Below, one piece after another: positions 37,390-50,041 of a DNA stretch of 64,000 nucleotides. A program made the position numbers and the translations under genes. The notes beneath the pieces are model-generated. The model searched no databases, was not told the origin of the DNA, and saw only the letters and a list, made by a program, of their open reading frames with translations. This DNA is from Pocillopora damicornis (taxonomy: Eukaryota), in contig NW_020844059.1 in the NCBI RefSeq assembly GCF_003704095.1, positions 186,001 to 250,000 on the forward strand. The letters are read 5' to 3'. Position 1 is the first letter of the stretch, and each line of letters starts with the position of its first letter.

Positions 37390-40300
37390 ATGTCCCAACC
37401 AACTCAAGAGGAGATGGACGGTTTGTATACAATTCAGAATATCAATAATGTTGTTCACAACAACACTTACAATTGGAAATCTTTCGCAAATATTTTCTTG
37501 CAGAGTACAAAGACGCTTTCGCTTTATTTGATAACGAAGGCGACGGCAAGATCGAGTCGGATCAGATCGGTAGGCTGCTTCGTTCTTTGAACCTCAACCC
37601 CGATGACGAAGACATTGTGAAGATCGAAAAAGAAGTGGGTGAGTAATGAAGAATTTTTATCGCGCAATTACGATCTGATCTTTGAATTCCTATTAATTGA
37701 TCGACATTCAGAAGTTATCTTCTTTGGTTCACGTTAAACACCGGTCAGGGGGCTTTTGTTCTGAGAATGATAACAATGCTATCGTTTGGCCTAAGAGTTA
37801 TTCTATTCATTTGGTAACTTAAACGTTTATGTTCTAGATTTTGCGACCCATAACAAACAAATTTTAAGAATCGTTGAGAAAGGTGCCGCGAATGAGTCAA
37901 ACAGATGTTGCGTTACGGTTCAACTTCAACTGTAAAATAGACAAGTTATTGTAGGTTAGGCCTCATAAAGCTGATTTATCTCATCTTTCGTCAAGCTGGC
38001 TTCCCATGTCGAGCGATGATCTCTTTCTGTTGCGTTTTTTTTCGTCACGCGAGTAAATGAAGAGTAGTTAGTGTTTTTATTTCATGTGTGATAACTAAGA
38101 TCATTTCACCTCGTACATGCATGATTAGTAAGCGGGTCGAGAAACAATTTGAAAAAAATATGAGCTCTGAAAACAGTCACAGAAGAAAATCGTGTCTAAG
38201 TAACAATGCGTAAGGTCCTTTCTTATTACACCCTGTAAGAGTAGTAATCAGCTTGGCGATTCAATCGAAGAAAAGTATTCATTTCACTGTTAAAAAGTCA
38301 CTTGTTGATTGATTTTGCATCCTTTCACGGTTGTGATCACAAGCGCTTCGAGTAGTTTGGCGTGCGTCTACGAAAAAAAAATCACCAAAATTAATATCCA
38401 AGGACCAAGGAAAATAATCAAACGTTTTGGTGAAAGGGACATGTCATCTGGAGTATCATGTTTCATTCGAGGTCCATCATTTTGTCAGTCTTTCACAAAA
38501 TGGCACAGGAGATTCTTAGTGAAAACAACTTTTTTACATAAACAGCCGCAGGGAAATGCATTGTGCAAATTAACCTGCTCGCATTAGAGCCTGACGGATT
38601 GTTTGAGGTGCTGTAATTAACTATTATGTCTTATCTTTTTTGTTGTTGATTTGAGCTAAATCTCGTCCGTAAAACTCGTTAAAAACGCATTTCTTCAATA
38701 TTATTGCAGTTTACAAACTCGACCTTTTCTCCTTTGTCCGGTACACGCAAACTTTTTGGTTGAAATTGGTTTTAAGATGAGAATGTTTTGAACAGAAGTC
38801 CTCATTCCCAAGACCAACTTTTAATTCAGGTCATGCCCTTCGATTATATTATGTGAAAGCTGATACATAATCATCCTACATCGCTATCACGAGTAACACA
38901 ATCAGGACATCTTTTCACCAGTTTAGGAAAATTCACCCGATTCTGTCCTTCAAGGGCACAAATTTGTTAAAATTTTATTTTATTTTGTTCTTTCTTTTAA
39001 TGAGCAGTCTTCTTGAGAGTTTTAAAAGTAATTCGTGCAATTATGTACCAAAGGTTATCACTTAATTGAAACACCCACACCATCAATTATTAAGATGACG
39101 AGAAACTCAGCCAATATTTGTGATAAACAATGACATTCGTTGCATAAGTCTGTTGCTATAATCCATGACATACAAGCCAGATAAGATAAGATTAAANNNN
39201 NNNNNNNNNNNNNNNNNNNNNNNNNNNNNNNNNNNNNNNNNNNNNNNNNNNNNNNNNNNNNNNNNNNNNNNNNNNNNNNNNNNNNNNNNNNNNNNNNNNN
39301 NNNNNNNNNNNNNNNNNNNNNNNNNNNNNNNNNNNNNNNNNNNNNNNNNNNNNNNNNNNNNNNNNNNNNNNNNNNNNNNNNNNNNNNNNNNNNNNNNNNN
39401 NNNNNNNNNNNNNNNNNNNNNNNNNNNNNNNNNNNNNNNNNNNNNNNNNNNNNNNNNNNNNNNNNNNNNNNNNNNNNNNNNNNNNNNNNNNNNNNNNNNN
39501 NNNNNNNNNNNNNNNNNNNNNNNNNNNNNNNNNNNNNNNNNNNNNNNNNNNNNNNNNNNNNNNNNNNNNNNNNNNNNNNNNNNNNNNNNNNNNNNNNNNN
39601 NNNNNNNNNNNNNNNNNNNNNNNNNNNNNNNNNNNNNNNNNNNNNNNNNNNNNNNNNNNNNNNNNNNNNNNNNNNNNTCTATAGTTCGCCCTTTATCCTC
39701 TGTTGACGACGACTGACCCCCTCCCTCTCTCATGAAAACCATGTGACCCTCTGCAAAATCCTCCCACCCCCTTCATTAAATAATGAATGGTCCCCTAGAT
39801 CCCACTAAATGAGGATAAAATATCGTCCCACAGTTATAACCCTACCCTTCACCCCTACCTTAGTGCCCATTCCACACCCCTCACCCCTTACTATTCTACC
39901 CATGATCCCTCCCCAGTTTAGGCTTGTCCCGCTTGTGATCGACTACCCTTGAGCAACCTCTGCCGTTTGGAGCAACTTTTGGCGGTTCTAGCAATGTCAG
40001 AAAATTTTTGGTTTGGAGCAAGTATCAAGCACGAAGAAGTCAACGATTTCATAGAAAACATCAATTTATGCAAATTTCTTGAATGATTATCAACCTTGAA
40101 GGGCTCAGCTAATTTTTTTTTTTACTCACTTGTGTTATAGGCAATCGTCGTGTCAAGTTTGAGGAGTTCCTCGCTATCTTCTTGGCTGAGAAACAAAAGG
40201 CAAAACCGGTCACCGCCCAGCAGTTTATCGACACGTTGAGCGTTTTTGACAAGGACAATGCCGGCAAGGTCTCCTCTGCTGAACTACGTCACGTGTTAAC

Positions 40301-41840
40301 TGCGCTCGGTAAGCTGGGAGCCATAAATCTTTTTGGTCCATAAAGCTTCTTTTCATTTGGGTGTGGTAAAACCGAACCCGTTATAATCCAAACGTGTCAT
40401 CAGAACAGGGTAAAAGGTCTTAACCCTTTTATTCCCAGAAGGATTAACATGTAACTTCTCCCTATAATACAATACACTATCCAGCAAACAGGTAGTAATA
40501 ATACTGAAACTTATCAGTTACAAAATATTTTCTTGATCGAACACCAAATTCTCGTAACCAATTTACAAAGAAATGTGTAGCAGCTAGAGGAGAGAACTAA
40601 AAATCAGATCTTGGAAGCCAATGAGTAAAAAAAAGTCACGCGTGGGATCAAGTCACGAATAGTTTTATTTGATTGGTCGGGGAGATGGTGTGAGTTTTTT
40701 AGACCAATCACAGAGCTAATAAAAGCAAAACTAGTCTCATCTAGGACACTAAAAGCTAGAACCAAGTCAGGCCTTGGGTCCCGGTGATGCTAGACCCTCG
40801 AAACGGTCATTTGTTGGCCAAAATTGTACAGAATCATTTGCAGTTTGGTTGTTTTTACAGTGAAGCGTTTTGATTGTTCATTAGTGAAGTTCAATGAGTT
40901 GGGGGGTACTGATGACGTATTCTATTGGTCACTATTTGGGTCTACAACGAGCTCCATTTGACCCAAATAAAACAAATAGGAATTTCGCTAGTAACCCCAG
41001 GTAATCAGCGGTCAAGCCAGGGCATGCGCGAGGGGATCAATGTTGGGTGTTCGCGCGTTAATTTACCGTGTACAATTTCGAAGGTAAATGTAACAAAAAA
41101 CCGCCGTCTCGCAAAATAAGTAAAAGAAAATTCAAAACATTCATAGAAATCTGTGAAAGGAAAAACAAGGTGGGAAAGGGAAAACTTTCAGACTTTTCGA
41201 ACACAAAGCTAATTTCAATTCGGATATCTTGTAGATTTACCACTCTGTTTTGAGCTTTGCCAAAAAAGTTATACGCCTTTAGAATACCGCGACTTACTAG
41301 CTTGTGTGGCTGTCTATAACACGCGAGAGACAACTTGATTCTAACAGCTTGAAAGCACGCCACCTAGTCAATATAACGTTTGCAAATGCGCAGACGTTTG
41401 ACCGCTTGCCTGTGTTGCTGGCCTACTGGTGAAGAGTTCCCTTTATGAGCCCTCAGTCGGTGAGAGGGTTTTGTTGACTGTTGCGTTTTGCTTTGTGTCA
41501 GACACTTCATTGGTCGTTTATAAATCAGTCCTATAATCATTGAACCTAGACCAATTAACATATTTAAGTCCAAGGTAGTTCTCGCAAGGTTGTGTCTATT
41601 TTTAATCGTAACGAATTGTTTTGTTTCAAAGGCAATAAACTCAGAGCCAAAGAAGTGGACGTTTTATTTGAAGATGTTGGGGAACATGCCGGATATGTCA
41701 ACACTGCAGGTATAATAAACTTGATTCCAAATCACGAATTCCACTTCAGAGAACAAAATCGAGCAATTATATTAAATTACTTATAAATGTTTGGTTCTCC
41801 TTACTCCGCAGATTTCGTCAACATGGTCATGTCGAATTAG
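37390..41840 (+). CDS. Myosin essential light chain B, divergent tandem paralogue; exons 37390-37420, 37504-37638, 40141-40308, 41632-41709, 41812-41840
   Basis: MSQPTQEEMDEYKDAFALFDNEGDGKI...LNLNP...FEEFLAIF...[26 protein letters not shown]...DFVNMVMSN. Its phase-1 introns sit at the same positions as in copy A. AATAAA at 41911. Confidence 0.88.
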
Positions 41841-43225
41841 CAACGAAGACCGCTATGTACCATAACATGAAGTTTTAATTATCGATGAGTTGTGGAAACA
41901 ATTTAATGACAATAAACAGTAGATATGGCCTTAATTTTTTCCCTGATTTCCAGGGCTTACAAATGAGAGAAGCGTAACTTGATTTAAAATATGGTAGCAT
42001 TTCTTTTTACATCTTATTAAAGAGATTTTTACTTTTCGTAATGACTTAAAGTATTCATTCACGCTTTCTGAGATTCTCCATTCCCTACGTCTTCCATACA
42101 GAATCACCGAGAGACTCAATAGCACTTCAGGAACTATAGCTGCTGTTTGTAAATACGTCAATTGTTTCACCTCTCACCAGTCCACTCTCTAAATCCTAAC
42201 ATCATCCTTAGGTGCTGACAAGAAGAATTTGTTTTACAATCAAGAGCTTTTTTTTTTTTTACCTTAATGTTTGTTTCAGGGGTGATATTAAAAAAAGGAA
42301 TTAGATGCTAGTCACTATAAAGGTAGATTTTCTATGATAAGAAAAATCCTACACGCTTTTTGATGGGTTCTTACCTATGATCTATTGTAGCACAGACGCA
42401 TAGATTACGTCACCATTGCCAATCTTTTGCTTTTTTATCACGAAAGACAAATATATTTCATTTGGTCTTGGGTCTGTACAGTAACGGATCACAAGAGACG
42501 TTAAAATTAGCCGATGAATACTAAAAACAGGCAAACTGCCAAGAGCGCGGGAAAACGCGAGTGAGCATGTCACGAGTGGCATTAGTTCTGCGTTTGATTG
42601 GTTGAGAAGATACGCGAGACTGGTTTTCGGGATCAATCACAGAGCGAGGAGAAGAAACCCAAAGTGATCCTCAATTACTTTCGACTCTCAGTCGAAAATT
42701 GCTTTGACATGATGGCGTCGGATTCGTCTTGAGTCAGAACTGTTTCATGTCATTCTCGGTCCGGCAACGGTTCAAGACAATCTTTCACCATCAGTTTTGC
42801 AGTTTTTTTCAAACTTTTTAGTTTTCAAATACATGCAAACACTTCTAAGTGTACAGAAGGCGAAAGGTTAACGCCAAAAACGAATGTAAAGCTTTATGTG
42901 GTGTGTTCTGGCGAAACGTAATAACTAAAGAATTCAAACTGGTTGTTATAAGACTCGGAGATATACTACTGAGGACTACAAGTTCTTAAGGTCAGGCTGT
43001 ACGAAGTTACTGTAGATTATCGACGGGTTACTCAAGGAGTTATCGACGCAACAATGTAGCAAAAACGTACGTTTACCATAAAGTGCCTCACAGAGATTTC
43101 CATCGTATATCTATTATATGAACTCTATTCAAACGAGTAAAGGCCTGGCCAAAGACAGATCCCTCTATGAAATCTGAGTGCCATGTCAAGCCATGAAGTG
43201 TGAACCGCGACATTTCGTTCGAGTA

Positions 43226-46200
43226 TCAGAGAGAAACCGCTGGAATAACATACTGGAGAGAAAGATCCTCATGAAGTAGAAGAAACTGGACCGCCTTCCC
43301 ATGCACAATATCTGATGTGGAAAAGTAAATAAAGCATCAGTATTATAACCGCCAACTGACAGGAGATGCGCCCCCTGGGGGGGGGAGAATATTTCCTTGT
43401 TATAGGCTGATGGGGATGTGCCACTGAATGGGGTAGCATTTTCACGACTGGATCGACTATAATGGGGTTGCATTTTCAATATGGTTACTACAATAAGGTC
43501 ATACAATTTCGACACTTTGAGAGCTAAAAAATTCTGGCAGGAAGGGATAAAAAAAATGGGAAGATTAGCGGTTAAGAAGTTGAACCATATTCACAAATGT
43601 GAGCAAGATGGAGTCTTTAATTGACCAACGAATAGAGTATAATGGTAGGGGTTTTCAGAGGTCAGCGGCACATACCCAGTAAAAATTGACCCAAGTTGCC
43701 CCCACCCCCCCTGCATCTCGTCCGATGGAGAAGAGAACAACTCGGCGACAACCAGTGCTGCTAAAACAATCAGACATGAAACTATTTAAAAAAATTTAAT
43801 TTTAAATTGGTCAAACTTTAAATCGGACATTTTGGCATTTTAAGGTTTAGATTTTGCAAATCTGCTGCAGCGTTTTACACAATGTGAGGTCATAGTACTA
43901 TGCTACTTCCAAGGGGAGCAAGTAAACCCCTGAAAACTACACAACGGAACAACACCCTCTCAGCAGTAAGATGATTTTGCCCTAGCTAAGGAAGATTGAT
44001 TTGAAGAGAGGTTTTCAACTGGCCGTTAGCTGCGAGCAAGCCCTCGTAATAGCCTATTATTGGGCTCCAGGCCCTCGTTATCAGCGCTTAGGCACGATTG
44101 TTTCTTCACCAGCGTGAATGTACGAGGTTTGGAACAACACGAGCCCACGAAAGGCCTGCAAGGCGTCTAAAACTGATAATTAGCGCCAGACCCCTAGCAA
44201 ACCTCTCCCCAACTCGTCTCAAATCTCCCCGCAGGAAGAGAAACGCGCGTCCTGTATAACGAGGGCCTACTCGCAAGCTAATTGGCTATAGAAACAATCT
44301 GGTCTTGTTTCGGTGAGCAACGCTGTGATTACTCCAAGGATCTCATCCCAACCTTTTAACCAGTCATAATAAACTTGGACAACTAGGTCCACGTCACTCG
44401 CATTTTCTGGCAATGAGGCCCAGGTTACATGTTTTAACTTCGAGTTCACATGGACACCAGATATTTTCCTTCCTACCGATTGGCCGCTGTGGTAAGTGTG
44501 GGTATGTGTGGTTATGCTGTGGGTATGGTTTACAAAGATCAAGCAAAAGGCGCTTCAAAAAGATCTTTACTTACTGCAGATGACGCGGTTTGGACTAACT
44601 TGCTGACTGTGTAGAAAGGTGGCGAGTTTCTTAACATCAACTCTTGCCTCTGCCATCTTGTCAGGATCCCGGTTCCGCTGTTGAGACGATGTGTCACCTG
44701 TAAATGTTTGAAAAACTGAAGTTTACAAGGTGCAGTTTGTGGTACACAAAAGTAGTAAAACAGATATAGCAGGAAAGTATCCAAGAGAGGAGGTAGAGCA
44801 GGGTTTCTTAGTAGGATAAAGGGGGTGAGCTTCTAAAGAAACTGTAGTGCTGCGTCGGTAGGAGAGTATAACAGGGTAATTTAATATTATCATCTGAGTT
44901 GGTATCATAAATTGGTCACCGTAAAGACTTTCAGAGCTGACCTTTTGAGCGTTAGCCCTTCGTCAGAGCGAATAAATACAAACACAACCCACAATTCCTC
45001 CATTTAAAACACCGTGACTCACTGGTTTGTGTGTATGTCTATACCTCTTACAAGACAACTTGGTTTTGAAACCCTGCAAATACGCCGCCTCACCGCTTTA
45101 TCTCGTCATGCCCTCGCCATTAACACGTTTGTACATGGGCAGACGTTTGACCGCTGTTTTGAGTCAACAACTCTCTTTATTTGATAACTGAGCAAAATAT
45201 CCTACTCAATCGGTAAACAAAAAAATTATTGACCCCACGTAGGTGTGTCCAAATTCTTGAAATGTGTTGTGACAGATGCTAAGTCCGTGTCGATTCCGAG
45301 AGTCATGTAACCATTTTGATTAGCTGCAAGAATCTAACAAAAACAAGTACAAAAATTAATGGACTTATTAAATAGAACTATTTTTAAGTGAGCGTCGAAA
45401 GTAATTCCCTTACAATGACGTACATTGGCAAAAGTTTGGAATGAAAAAGAAAAACTCAAGGCCTCAATCAGATGTCCCTTTTATCTATGACAAGAAAACC
45501 TTGAAGGTTTTTTAAATCGAGAATTTAAAACATAAATAGTGCAATTACTTGAAAAGTATAAAATCAAATTTACCAAAAAATTGCTGAGGTTCTTCATTCG
45601 TTCAATTACGTTCTTAACAACTGTGAGGGATGGCATGTAGATGCTCACCTGTGAAAAACAAAGAAAAATACATCAGCCATTCACCATGCATTCTCTTTAT
45701 TATCACATCTATATATAAACTATTATGATCATACTTTGAAGGTTGCCTAAGTCTTGTGGGGGATGTGGTGCAAACTGCCAGAGCCCCCTTGGTACAAATT
45801 TCTTTCTTACTCCAGCCTTCCTCTACTGTAAAAATCAAAGATGGCAGCTTTAGTTTTCACTGAGAAAATACTAAGATCTGGCTTTCATAAAATAAGGCCT
45901 GTTCTGCAGGCTTCATTATTTTTTGCATGTAAAGAGGTACTGTAAAAGCTTGTCATTTTGCCCTGAGTGGATAGGGACATTGCGATAGGAAACTGCTTTG
46001 CCCAGGAACATGAAACAGTGACCAAGTGGGGGGTCAACACGGACCTTTTGACTCAGAGTCTGGAGAGATGCTAAGGACCATTGGTCAGTGTACTGGACCC
46101 CTGGTCGAGAGGTCTGGGTTCAAGACTTGGCTGGGTCAATGTGTTATGTTCTTGGGTACAACACTTCATTCTCATGGCACCTCTCTCTATCCAAAAGTTT

Positions 46201-48334
46201 AAATTGGTCTCAACGAATTGTCAGGGAAGCCTGAAAATATACTGGGACGTTATCTTGTGATGGACTGGCATCCCATCCAGGGGGAACTAGTAATACTCCT
46301 AATCACTTTACATCTAGGAAACTGGGATAAGCTGTTGATGCTGCTAATTGGGCCATTAAGCTCAAGTACAGACTTAACCTTGCCTTTTCAACTGACAATG
46401 AAGCCAATGATTCTACCCCAGTAGATAACCTACCACAAAAAGTCTTAAAAAGGGCAAGGAAGTTAGGATTGAAACAGCACTTACATCAAATTCAGGCATG
46501 GCAGGTTCCTTATAATCCTCCCAGTCTCTCTCAGGTATGACTCCTACTGGTACATCATGCACTACACTTCTTGTGTGACTGGTGAGGGACGGCTGCCCAA
46601 AGAATTTCAGTCACAAGTTAAGAACTCAATCTACCATAATATCAATAGGCCATTTCTGAATTACTTTTGGCCTCTTTTTCAAATGAGGTCTGGTACTAAA
46701 CCAACGATGATGATCATCATATGATTTTTTATCACCATATCAATGTCAAAATTTCCAAGTCATCCATGTTTGAGAGCTGATAAAGGTATTGCATGAAACA
46801 TTGACATGAGCAGCATTGCCTGCACTCCTATTGACAGTGGCAACTGGCCAATCAGATTGTGTCATTACTGCCGACTGTGGTACAATACATTTTTTTAAAT
46901 ATATTGACATTGTAAAAAGGGAAGGAAAATTCATTTTTGGCAACTCCTGGAAATGAAATGGTAAGAAATTTCTGCATTAAACACAGTTCAAACTATTTCA
47001 GTTTTCATACAATACTATCAAAGCAGCTTCACTTACCAATGTAATCTCAAAAGTTAAACATGGTGCGTGTTTTTTAGTAAGTTTTATTTTGACGGCTTGT
47101 GCACTGCTGGCTGATTTCATGGCTCGCATCAAGTTTTCTGGTATCAATTCAAGGTAAATATTGTTGCTCTCCTCCTTTCCTTCAATGCGATACTCCTCAA
47201 AAAAGTTGCTCTGAAATAAAGAAATCAATGCATGTTGTAATGACTAAAGCAGACAACTATATATCTTAAGGATCCAGTTTCACAGAAATTGTTTTCAAGT
47301 AGGTAATTACCACCAGAGAACATTATGCTGGGGTTGGCACTTTGTAAATTACTTGGGTGGAGTGGGTGGGTACATTGCACAAGGACAATGAAATCCTACC
47401 CAGGAGGGGTACTGATGGGAAATGTTCAAAGCTGGGTCAAGATAACCCAGGGTTAGAGTGAAATTTGATTCCAGGTCTGAAAGCTTTAAAATAAATTCAG
47501 TTCAAATCTTGTTGCTTGCAATTTAGTCACTGGATGTTCTAAAAAGACTAGGGAAAATTTTCCCTAAAAGGCTTTGGAAAAAAGAAATAAAGCAGCCTGG
47601 ATCAAATATAACCCTTTGTTAGTGCTAATCAGCCTTCAAAAAACTGGGTCCTGGGTGGGAGTGTGATGCCAAGGCCTCTAAGCCATGAATCTAATTAGAA
47701 TTTTCAAATCCAGAATTGACTAATCAGTCATTTCTCCTTACTATATCACAATATTATCATCAGATTTAACAGACCTGTATCAATTCACACCAAATGGACA
47801 CTCTCCCAAGAGCAGCATTGTCAGCCAGTATAAAATAAAGTTTTGTCGGGGTCATTCGCAAGGCACACGTCTTGGCCATATGAGATACCGTGCCTAAGAC
47901 ACCTACATTGTCAACATGAAATAATATGGAAAGACATTTAATAAACGTTATCTTGACTTGTAAGCACATTTTAAAGAAAGAAGTACGTAAGTTTTACAAA
48001 AGGTGCGAGAAAGTGTCAATACTTTAAGTGTAACAAGGCTGAAAAAATGTGATCGTATAGTCAGCTGATCGTTTGAGAGTGGCTCTGAGATGGAGGGACT
48101 GTTCTCTATAACATTAGCGAGATTCATCCTCACAATGGGCAAACAAACCGATTTAAGATAGTACCACCCTTCAATTCAACAAAGCACTACACTGCATCCA
48201 TTCTGCAATCTCTGTCATACGATGCGGCTTTCTATTTCGCTTTGCTGAAGAAAACGAATTATGATGTAATCTTATGACTTACGTGTGAAATGCTGTATGG
48301 AATTGATGTCTACCATCCTTGCTCGAAAACGCAT
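43226..48334 (-). CDS. HUS1: Checkpoint clamp protein HUS1 (9-1-1 complex); exons 48334-48283, 47902-47775, 47210-47037, 46592-46485, 45648-45574, 45333-45234, 44697-44575, 43311-43226
   Basis: MRFRARMVD...HFTR, AKTCALR, VSIWCEL, NIYLEL.PENL, VKIKLTKKHAPCLT, VVHDVPV, ERMKNLSN, VTTHFKNL and LLHEDLSLQYVIPA match HUS1. Eight GT-AG exons stay in frame. Confidence 0.94.
44027..44281. mobile_element. TA-ended MITE in HUS1 intron 7
   Basis: TAGCTGCGAGCAAGCCCTCGTAAT / ATAACGAGGGCCTACTCGCAAGCTA inverted ends. An internal segment (GCCAGACCCC...CTCTCCCC.ACTCGTCTC) recurs near 52500. Confidence 0.65.
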
Positions 48335-48395
48335 ATTGCTTGGCAATTTGGCAAGAATCAAAGGTAAACTCTTAGGTCATTTCTACTCAAAACTA

Positions 48396-48423
48396 CCGCC
48401 ATTTTGTATACTACCCACAATGC
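48396..48423. promoter_or_regulatory. Adjacent YY1-like and ZNF143/Staf-like motifs in the HUS1-tRNA interval
   Basis: CCGCCATTTT (48396-48405) and TACCCACAATGC (48412-48423). Confidence 0.5.
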
Positions 48424-48642
48424 TCACCAAATCGTTTGATGCGTGGGGTCTGGGACAGAAAAACGTTAAGCAGGTTCTTACGGGTTATTAATCCTTTATA
48501 TCTTCATGTACTTGTAAGGAAAATATTTAGAACTTTAATAATACCTCACTCGCAAGAATTTTCCCACTAATGAAGCTTTGAGTACTAAATAAAAACAATT
48601 TTATTTTTAAATACGTAAATTTCGAGCCGACTATACCATTGT

Positions 48643-48728
48643 GTCCTTGTGGCCTAATGGATAAGGCGTTGGCCTCCGGGTATGAAGGAAGTAGCCAAAG
48701 ATTGAGGGTTCGAGTCCCTTCAAGGACG
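48643..48728 (+). tRNA. tRNA-Arg(CCG) with a 13-nt intron (48680-48692)
   Basis: Acceptor stem GTCCTTG/CAAGGAC, D arm TGGCCTAATGGATAAGGC, anticodon stem TTGGC/GCCAA with loop CT-CCG-G[intron]A, T arm GAGGG-TTCGAGT-CCCTT. Mature length 73 nt. TTTT terminator at 48737-48740. Confidence 0.92.
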
Positions 48729-49517
48729 AATATTTCTTTTAATTTTCGCTTTTACGTGAGACGAAGAAAATTAGCGATAAAAGTTTAAATTAGGGTCGAA
48801 AGTCATTCACTTATCGCATGCGAAACGAGTTCATACGTAGGTATCTGTGTAAGGCTTTCACGTCTTTAAATGAGATATTTAACAAGAATTTTCCATACAC
48901 CAGACATAAGCATGAAATAAATTGATTTCCACCCGGTTCCATCTACTTGGAGATAAAAATTTTACCACTTTAAAGACCATCATTATGCTCAGAGTAATAC
49001 TCTGCAGCACTCTGGTTTATGTAACAGATAGAGATTATCTTTAAAAAATAAAAATTAAATGGTATATTAACTCCTTTAATACACAAACATCAGTATTGAT
49101 ATTCAACATACTGTTTTGTTTACAATTTCTATGTCATTGATGAGGAGAATTTTTCAGAAAATCATGAGCTTCTTAGATTTGTGATCATTTCTTATATTCT
49201 CATGGCCTTTGTAGTTGATTCAAGGGTGATATTTAAAGGAGAAATTAGTTGCCAATCAGTCCTAAGGGATAATATGAAGGGCAAGAGATTTTCAGTGAGT
49301 GGGGCAGAAATACCTCAGATCCTTTTGGGCTGGTATTTTGTACTGCTCAGGATTAGCTTTAAGAACTAATGTTGTGTGTACAGTTAAAATTTCAAACACA
49401 TGAGCCTTTTTTGAAATGACTAAGGAGAAAGTTTCTTAACATTTTGTTTAGTATTTTTCTTAGAAATATGATGATTGGCTCAGGCAGACTTGCTTTACTT
49501 TGGTCATGGAAAGTTAA

Positions 49518-50041
49518 CCCTTTAATTCCCAAGATCTGATTGTTAATTCTTCCCCCCAGCTGCCATACATTTCCATGTTCATTAGTTACGAGAACTTAGT
49601 GCTGGATCAAGGCAGCAGCTTCTACCTGATAAATTAGTATCCTCTCATTACCTGGGCCCAGTTGTATAACCCTTTAACTCCATGAGTGACCAAAACAGAC
49701 TTTCTCCTTACAATAACAACCAGGTAAGTGATGAGAATAAAGAAAAATGTTAATTTGGGGATAATTAGTTGATCCAATAGTAAATTCCCTGAACTAATAT
49801 TGTAAGGATTGTATGGTTGACAATAAGGAGAATTACAAATTTGATCTGGGAGTTAAAGAGTTAAAGGGTGGATAACACTATCAAATGGATAAATCGCTAT
49901 CCAGCGAATAAGTAATAGCAAAACGTAAGGCGTTATCCACTGGTTATCCAATCTTCAAACAACTGGGGCCTGTTTGCTGAAAAATGTATATAGATATTAT
50001 AGGGAGAAGTTTCATGTTAATCAGTTCTGGGAGTTAAAGGG
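49518..50041. mobile_element. Triple-nested MITE: piggyBac-like (49518-50041) containing Harbinger-like (49655-49969) containing piggyBac-like (49670-49860)
   Basis: Outer TTAA-CCCTTTAA...TTAAAGGG-TTAA. Middle CTG-GGCCCAGTTG...CAACTGGGGC-CTG. Inner ATAA-CCCTTTAACTC...GAGTTAAAGAG-TTAA. An uninterrupted outer-type copy at 58817-58980 reads CATTACCTGTTTGCT. Confidence 0.85.

Noticed and set aside
46060-46135. Second tRNA gene
   Set aside because: It has a B-box-like motif but no cloverleaf; it is the head of a SINE copy.
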